This document shows positions 59,201-64,000 of a stretch of DNA of 64,000 nt, in pieces. The translations under genes were made by a program, and so were the position numbers. Under the pieces are notes generated by a model. It saw only the letters and a list, made by a program, of their open reading frames with translations. It was not told the DNA's origin and did no database searches. The stretch is from a virus. How positions within the stretch are numbered: the stretch's first letter is position 1; each line of letters starts with the position of its first letter. The stretch is taken from the IMG/VR virus record IMGVR_UViG_3300035698_022738, positions 32,852-96,851 of that record. One strand, 5' to 3'.

Positions 59201-60557
59201 AAGTATCCACAAGGCGTTTACCACTGAAGCTGACAACCTATACGGAGAGGGCTTTATGAATGAAGAGGAGAGGATCGCCCTCAGTTCCGCCATAGGCGAT
59301 ATGTTAGGGCTATTTAGGGAAAAGGCAGACAAAAAAGTGCTAGAGAGGCCGCTCATGACCACGACCAAGATTCCATTGAAGTTGAAAGAATATTGCCCAC
59401 AGGCCCCAGATGAAATAGAGGGTATTTGGACTTCAGTTTGGAAAGAAGACGGTAAGTGGAAATGGGCAGCGATTACAGCTGTTTCCATGTGGGATCGCCA
59501 GGGTGAGTTTTTGACCCACAAAGCGATTGACTGGGCTTTGGCTATGTCAAAAGTAATTGGCCCTGGCCCATTGCGATATAAGCATATTCCCGGCCTGGAC
59601 GGAGGAGATTGTGACCGTCAAATTAGAGTCGGGGATTATCTGTTTGAAGCTGGGACATTCCGTGACAGCCCCATAGGACTGGCTATGAGGACTAAAATGC
59701 AGAGTGACCCTACATGGCAAATATCGCCCGGACTGGCCTTCAGAGCTAGTGACCTACAGAGAGGGGTGTATCAGAGAGCCTCGATATTTGAAAGGTCGAT
59801 TACACAATCCCCAGCTATTCCGGCGACAGCCATCCTATCTATCACGCAAGGAAATGAGGACATTGAAATGGCCGTTAAGGAGTTGGATCAGAACGCTATT
59901 CAAGCGGTTGCAAAAGAGCTTGGCCTGGACGTAGGCTACGTGGAAGAGCTCCACAAACGCAGCCTGGCAGGCACGGGTGATCCTCTAGGATTGTCTGAAT
60001 TCAAGGAGTTTGTGGCCTATAAGGCAGGTAAGAAGGCAGACCCGCCAGCAGCCATACCCCCTGAAGAAGAGGACATGGAAGAGGACGAAGATGAAGAGGA
60101 TACCAAAAAGAAGCCCTCCAAGGAGAGTGAATTCTCCAAGGTAGTAGGCTCCATGAAGAGCGTGGCCCCGAAGCTCACACGCGCACAACGTGAGCAGTTG
60201 GCTAACGTGCTTGACCCACGGCATACAGCTACCAAGCACGAAGAGGACGGAGACCTGGCAGAAATCAAGCAAGTGCTCAAGCAGCAGGCAGCTGTGATGG
60301 GCAGCCTGGTATCAGCCGTATCCGACCTCCAAGAGGTAGCAGGGACGCAGGCAGGCCTACCACGCAGCCAGGCCGCACAATTCATGGTAGCCGCCAAAGA
60401 GGACGCACCGGCAACGCAAGCAACCGACCAAGAAATCCTCGCAAAGCTGGATCAAATCCAGCAGGCCGTAAAGGCCGTCGAGGCTAATCCCCTGGCAGCA
60501 GGGGGTAACGTGTACGAATTGTTTACCAGCGACAAGCTGAACCAGCGTGGGGCGTAG
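56217..60557 (+). CDS. Giant prohead protease/scaffold fusion protein
   Basis: Immediately upstream of the capsid gene; protease-like DRQGE..L.YKH..G...ISPG...ERS..PA region; ChaB-like segment; long acidic low-complexity tract; helical scaffold-like C-terminus. Confidence 0.65.
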   Translation: MRLSILSCGSIVVDGSNGNSRLLFGVPDGVIHSLKESGMDHPTMAFTTSMRAPGVGSMEQAIPIFRESPYSNGELSASLIRHKHGSDYCIEADGAKLLFSERGDVSVLDTANYDLAIIKNKHRADALGEHVITWPWPDSEVSIVDHDVHFSSTEKVWGRLSEVPSNLKKVDGKPLTLSQANWLASAADSIEADGDAKEPWAIAMSQFKKTFEKTEDGWQRTECLTGQRDKETVGTEADLQETNVESEGTYETEQFGKVSVDNVRRVEMGTKRGMTEAKIFSRDGRTTTTLVGGEAENFLDWWNQNKPEGPQSSRTNTLPPAPTVVSSQPSPSQKGVRPKPLRKAVADSQGAQQLETKPESEVGVEDETTPQEEPEQMKKDPKDKSEEALAEMADEEEPDFKKDSKPDQSNEADTKPSDEEKPVNDTEENQDQSVDNTEEKPTESNEADEPQPKKSAKPTERPSDEEKPNPEGNSSEEDQENEADREPNPKEDKNSNQSGKPKVPAYLTEGETPEAQPLPKDTDEDPDQSKGKKSPENEADTKADSEPEDEDIADRDQEKKDQSEEEDSSKKKPTKKKAKELQAKERLERAWVDRDFESIEAERVAEKAVREVQETVGESIGAENVGEVQRVGKAEGVTEQGTERTEENTEHGTERVGKTEGKEEKTEGITEHVKIKTEENTEHVKIKTEESRPAGRVQKFTNANPEHIAQKEGLQATMDRFAATLRQQFWASDIEADTVDCSGTYRPWLVELEPGLAYVELNGGYFAVPYTIEGSKREDIKFAPRELWLDAARTWGIEADEAQIDALLTFYAPTGEIPKMGAVMLGKGEITKNKAGLTATDYLAVEDPDKPATWRLPVAVKHGQPSPRLMKAAADALAAPGGFRGKSYEGPKAEGARKKLLAIYNKLELDAPGSLAQFKSIWENAPSYEDWQASKKGFSDIEAPSYLEWGAEHGDLMALAFYPDLMDVSRTLEEKTVKEWTEEGPERRLGDVLTSSIHKAFTTEADNLYGEGFMNEEERIALSSAIGDMLGLFREKADKKVLERPLMTTTKIPLKLKEYCPQAPDEIEGIWTSVWKEDGKWKWAAITAVSMWDRQGEFLTHKAIDWALAMSKVIGPGPLRYKHIPGLDGGDCDRQIRVGDYLFEAGTFRDSPIGLAMRTKMQSDPTWQISPGLAFRASDLQRGVYQRASIFERSITQSPAIPATAILSITQGNEDIEMAVKELDQNAIQAVAKELGLDVGYVEELHKRSLAGTGDPLGLSEFKEFVAYKAGKKADPPAAIPPEEEDMEEDEDEEDTKKKPSKESEFSKVVGSMKSVAPKLTRAQREQLANVLDPRHTATKHEEDGDLAEIKQVLKQQAAVMGSLVSAVSDLQEVAGTQAGLPRSQAAQFMVAAKEDAPATQATDQEILAKLDQIQQAVKAVEANPLAAGGNVYELFTSDKLNQRGA
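56486..59233 (+). repeat. Dispersed TGAAGCTGA motif array (11 exact copies)
   Basis: Copies at 56486, 56786, 56921, 57446, 57551, 57659, 57827, 58013, 58418, 58607 and 59225. Confidence 0.9.
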
Positions 60558-60873
60558 GGGGTAGAACGTGCAGGGTATACAGGTAAGGGTGAGCGATAGC
60601 AGGGGTAAGGGGGTCACAGCTGGGCGTAAGGCAGGATACCAGCTAAGCCACCACCCAGGCCCAAATCGCAAATCTCGTGGAAAAAGTGGACCCCCTTACC
60701 TACCGCACGGATTTCTCTCAAATTGCGAGAGGGATGAAAATGTGTAAGAGACTTTACATAACACACGGTTCTCTCCCACATTGCGAGAGGGGCAGTAATG
60801 AGCAAGGCACATAACACACATCCCCCCCACGCAAGCAACGGTAAACTTAGCATATAACGCAACGAGGTGAAAG

Positions 60874-62403
60874 ATGCCTGGACAGGGTTTTAACAGTAAT
60901 CCGATGGTAGACAGTTCGTTCATTCAGTTCATGAAACAGTTCATTGCTGAGTCAGAAGGCAGTGATCCGTTTGCGACTACCATCCCCAACGATCCGGCTC
61001 GGACCATGACCTGGACTGAGTACCAGAAATTGCGAGACCTGGGTCGCCTGAAAGAAGTCAGAATCAAAGAATCGGCCTTGACCCCCACGGGCAATACACT
61101 CTACGGGACAGGTGGACTCTTCGGCCTTTGTGGTCCTGATGACATAATCGGCCTGGTCATGCAGGATGACCCGCTGGTACCGTGGATTGGCTTTGAGCCT
61201 GATACGGCCCAGGAGAAGTTCGTCAAGATGTGGACCTACATGGATGTCTCAGGGACAGCGGCTGGCTCAATTGGCACCACTGTCTACGGGGATGCCTGTG
61301 ATGATCCTCCAACTTCTGAGAAGGGTGTTTGTGAAGTGTACCAGGGCGACTTTGGTACCTTGCGTGCCTGCGGTGAGGCAGTGAAGGTTGCTGACTTGGC
61401 TTTGCGGAAATGCGACAAACAACCGACTTACACCGTGCCGCTCGAAGGCGTCGGCAAAGTCCGGATTGACAACGATCTCGATCTGGAAACAATTGCAGCC
61501 GCCCAGGTAGTCAAGCACGAAGTCAGTCGTGAGTTGATCACAGGCGACAAGAACACCACCGGCCAGTTCGACGGCCTGACCAATCTGGTCAAGAGTGGCT
61601 GGGCTTCCATCAATGGAGATCGCTGCTACGGCATGGACTCCGTTATTCAGGATTGGGAGAACGACACTCTGACTGGCGCGGTCAACGGCCACGGCTCGAT
61701 CATCGGCAAGGTCAGAGACATCTGGCGACGTATCAAATGGCGGATTCAACAGACTGGCATGGGGCTTCCGAGTGAGGGTGATGTTGTTCTTATGATGCCC
61801 TCGTGGATGGCCTGGCAGTTCTTGGATGAGTGGGCGTGGTGGACAATCCGCACAGGAGCTCAGTACAATGAGGTCTTCCGTGATAACTACGCAATGCGCG
61901 AATTCCGAGAAAAGCATGCCAATGGACGCTTTGGTGGTGGATACATTACCATCGACGGGTTCAACATCCATATCATGCCGCATGACTGGATGGCAGTTGA
62001 CCAGACTGCTCCCTACTTCTGCTCTGACATCTACCTTTTGGTAAGAGGATTTGGTGGAAGACGAGTGATGCAGGGTCAGTTCGTTCCAGCAGATGTCGGT
62101 TCAAGTGCTGTAGCAGATGTGGCTGGTTACAGGTACTTCAATGTCGAGAGTATGCAGAGTGGTCGTGCATTGCGCTGGACAAAGTTTGACAATGCCTGTG
62201 TCAGTCCTTGTTTGCTGATCCGACCTCGTTTGTTCATGGAATGTCCATGGGCTCAGGGAAAAATCGAGAACGTGTGTGTAAGCACCCAGTTCGATCCTCA
62301 AACTCTTGATCCTCAGTCGGACTACTTCATCGAGCAGAATCCAGTAGTCTCGACACACCATACTCAATACTGGTACGAAGAGGGTTCTGGCTGGTTCCAT
62401 TGA
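60874..62403 (+). CDS. Major capsid protein
   Basis: 509 aa after the protease; LITGD...QFDGL and SDIYLL are HK97-fold-like patterns; strong SD and terminator. Confidence 0.8.
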   Translation: MPGQGFNSNPMVDSSFIQFMKQFIAESEGSDPFATTIPNDPARTMTWTEYQKLRDLGRLKEVRIKESALTPTGNTLYGTGGLFGLCGPDDIIGLVMQDDPLVPWIGFEPDTAQEKFVKMWTYMDVSGTAAGSIGTTVYGDACDDPPTSEKGVCEVYQGDFGTLRACGEAVKVADLALRKCDKQPTYTVPLEGVGKVRIDNDLDLETIAAAQVVKHEVSRELITGDKNTTGQFDGLTNLVKSGWASINGDRCYGMDSVIQDWENDTLTGAVNGHGSIIGKVRDIWRRIKWRIQQTGMGLPSEGDVVLMMPSWMAWQFLDEWAWWTIRTGAQYNEVFRDNYAMREFREKHANGRFGGGYITIDGFNIHIMPHDWMAVDQTAPYFCSDIYLLVRGFGGRRVMQGQFVPADVGSSAVADVAGYRYFNVESMQSGRALRWTKFDNACVSPCLLIRPRLFMECPWAQGKIENVCVSTQFDPQTLDPQSDYFIEQNPVVSTHHTQYWYEEGSGWFH

Positions 62404-62437
62404 GTTAGCTGAAGTATCCAGCTAACCACCGCTCAAA

Positions 62438-62472
62438 GAGGGGGATGGGGAGTAAATCCCCTCCCCCTTTTC
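62438..62472 (+). terminator. Intrinsic terminator after capsid gene
   Basis: agggggatgggg/cccctccccct stem followed by a T-run. Confidence 0.75.
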
Positions 62473-62516
62473 TTACAGATTTTAGGGGTATTCTCTGAGT
62501 TTTGACGGGGTTTTCT

Positions 62517-64000
62517 ATGATTGCTACTACTTTACATAAGAGTTCTGCGCTAAAACACCTGCCTGGTCAGCACGAACAGATTTCACACGGGAATTGGGCG
62601 GAGGGAAGTGCGAGTAAATACATCACAAACGCAGATTCAATGGATGACGCCCTCCGTCAAAAGGATGTATTGTGGAATCCAAACCCAGATGGACCGGGAG
62701 TGTATATAAATCCTCCCTCGATTGAATCCTTGCTCAACAAACCAATGGAAAGAGGTGTATTATCGAGCAAAGGAAAGACAGTCAAGGACTACTTGAGAGA
62801 TTTCCTGCCGTTGAAGATCATCTATGATCCAGTCACTAATTCAATAATTGCTCCAACCTCCGGTGAGCAGACCACTCATTATGACGTTGCTGCGGGTGTA
62901 GTTGGACACACCCCAGGACGTGTGCTTGATGTAGAGGACAATGAGACGTATGCAGCAATAGTCGGTCTTGTGTCTGAGTTGGAAGACAGGTCTGTGAGAT
63001 TGGTCCTGACAGGGAACTCAGCTGGAACTCCTGATTTCATCCAAGTCAACATTGAGTCAGCTGGAGCTGTGGGCGACAAGGATAAGGCCCTCAAGAATAT
63101 CTATGAGGCACTGGACAAGATGTCAGAGTTGGGTCTTCCAAATGACCTGGAAGTTGAAATAGAGGATAGGTCTGGAGATACAATCCAGACTTCCATCAAA
63201 CATCTCCCAGGCCAGCATGAGCAAGAATCTCATGGAAACTGGGCCTCTGGAACAATAGAGCACCCCTCCTCAGAGCTGCCAATTCAGTCTGAAGTGAGTG
63301 ATGCCGCCAGAAAAGCTTTGACAACCGTTGCTGACAACATCCGAGACAAGGAATGGGAAGAGTTCTACTCTATTGATCCTGAGACAGGGCGCAATCGGTA
63401 CAATGCTATCGGAACAAGGCTCAGCTGTAACATTGGGCAGGACCTTCTATCATTTGAAGGCACCCTTGCGATTCACAACCACCCGCTGGGCAGCTACACG
63501 TTTTCAGCTGATGACCTCTTGGTGTTTGCAAAAGCGGGAGTAGCCGAAGGAATCGTCGTAGGCCGGGACTACTTTGGGAATGAGGTTTTTGCCAGCATCG
63601 CGCCCAGTGATGGTGATATAGCATCGTGGCCTGACCCGTATCGGCTTATGGAGAAGTATCAAGACCTCAATCATTCTATTCATTCTGAGCTTGAAAGAGA
63701 GTTGAAAGGAAAGGGGTACTCTTTCCCCGAGATCAGGGGTGCTGTTGCAGACGAATCAGCAAGACAGGTGGCCGACTATTTTGGTCTGAGTTACGTGTCA
63801 CATGGATTTCCAGATTTGGATGCCATGAGAAGTAGGGGTCCGGCCTCCAACGAAGGACAAGAATACTTTGATAAGATGGCAGAGTCCAGAGATGCGTACC
63901 TTGCCCGAAGACCAGAAATCACAGCTGAGCTGCAAGAGGCCCGTCAAGCACTATTACAAAACAAATACAGCGTTATCAAACATCTTCCAGGCCAGCATGA
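62517..64000 (+). CDS. Modular polyprotein-like protein with repeated KHLPGQHxQxSHGNWA tags; module 2 is JAB/MPN-like (3' truncated by window)
   Basis: Manually translated open frame from ATG 62517 to the window end; tags at 62553, 63198 and 63978; module 2 has E...IHNHP..TFSADD. Confidence 0.85.
   Translation, partial: MIATTLHKSSALKHLPGQHEQISHGNWAEGSASKYITNADSMDDALRQKDVLWNPNPDGPGVYINPPSIESLLNKPMERGVLSSKGKTVKDYLRDFLPLKIIYDPVTNSIIAPTSGEQTTHYDVAAGVVGHTPGRVLDVEDNETYAAIVGLVSELEDRSVRLVLTGNSAGTPDFIQVNIESAGAVGDKDKALKNIYEALDKMSELGLPNDLEVEIEDRSGDTIQTSIKHLPGQHEQESHGNWASGTIEHPSSELPIQSEVSDAARKALTTVADNIRDKEWEEFYSIDPETGRNRYNAIGTRLSCNIGQDLLSFEGTLAIHNHPLGSYTFSADDLLVFAKAGVAEGIVVGRDYFGNEVFASIAPSDGDIASWPDPYRLMEKYQDLNHSIHSELERELKGKGYSFPEIRGAVADESARQVADYFGLSYVSHGFPDLDAMRSRGPASNEGQEYFDKMAESRDAYLARRPEITAELQEARQALLQNKYSVIKHLPGQH

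Noticed and set aside
1-64000. tRNA genes, integrase, introns/inteins, alternative genetic code
   Set aside because: No cloverleaf/T-loop signatures or recombinase motifs were seen by eye; core genes are of normal length and uninterrupted in the standard code.

Overview
The window is 64 kb of a large tailed dsDNA phage genome, with essentially all genes on the + strand and no integrase, tRNA or CRISPR array seen. The host is uncertain; a Chloroflexota-type host is only a guess from protein character. Gene order: end of the tail fibre/lysis module (1-5.6 kb); replication genes (SF2 helicase, DnaB-like helicase, primase; 5.7-11.3 kb); an accessory region with a repeat-flanked head-fibre cassette and a CATG array that may be the origin (11.3-16.6 kb); a sigma70-driven early region (16.6-25.7 kb); DNA metabolism (UDG-PolA, methyltransferases, SSB, RecA, 5'-3' exonuclease, resolvase, sigma factor; 25.7-41.3 kb); packaging and head genes (terminase, portal, MuF-like protein, giant protease/scaffold, major capsid protein; 41.6-64 kb). 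Main highlights: (1) a repeated peptide tag, KHLPGQHxQxxHGNWA, heads or separates unrelated cargo domains in head-region proteins, including an unlisted polyprotein-like ORF after the capsid gene, suggesting a capsid-loading system for effectors; (2) two covarying pistol ribozymes lie in the early operon, with unassigned structured RNAs in equivalent positions; (3) a ~500-nt structured leader follows the early promoter; (4) an 11-copy TGAAGCTGA motif is embedded in the protease/scaffold gene; (5) a recurring phage-specific promoter motif is present.
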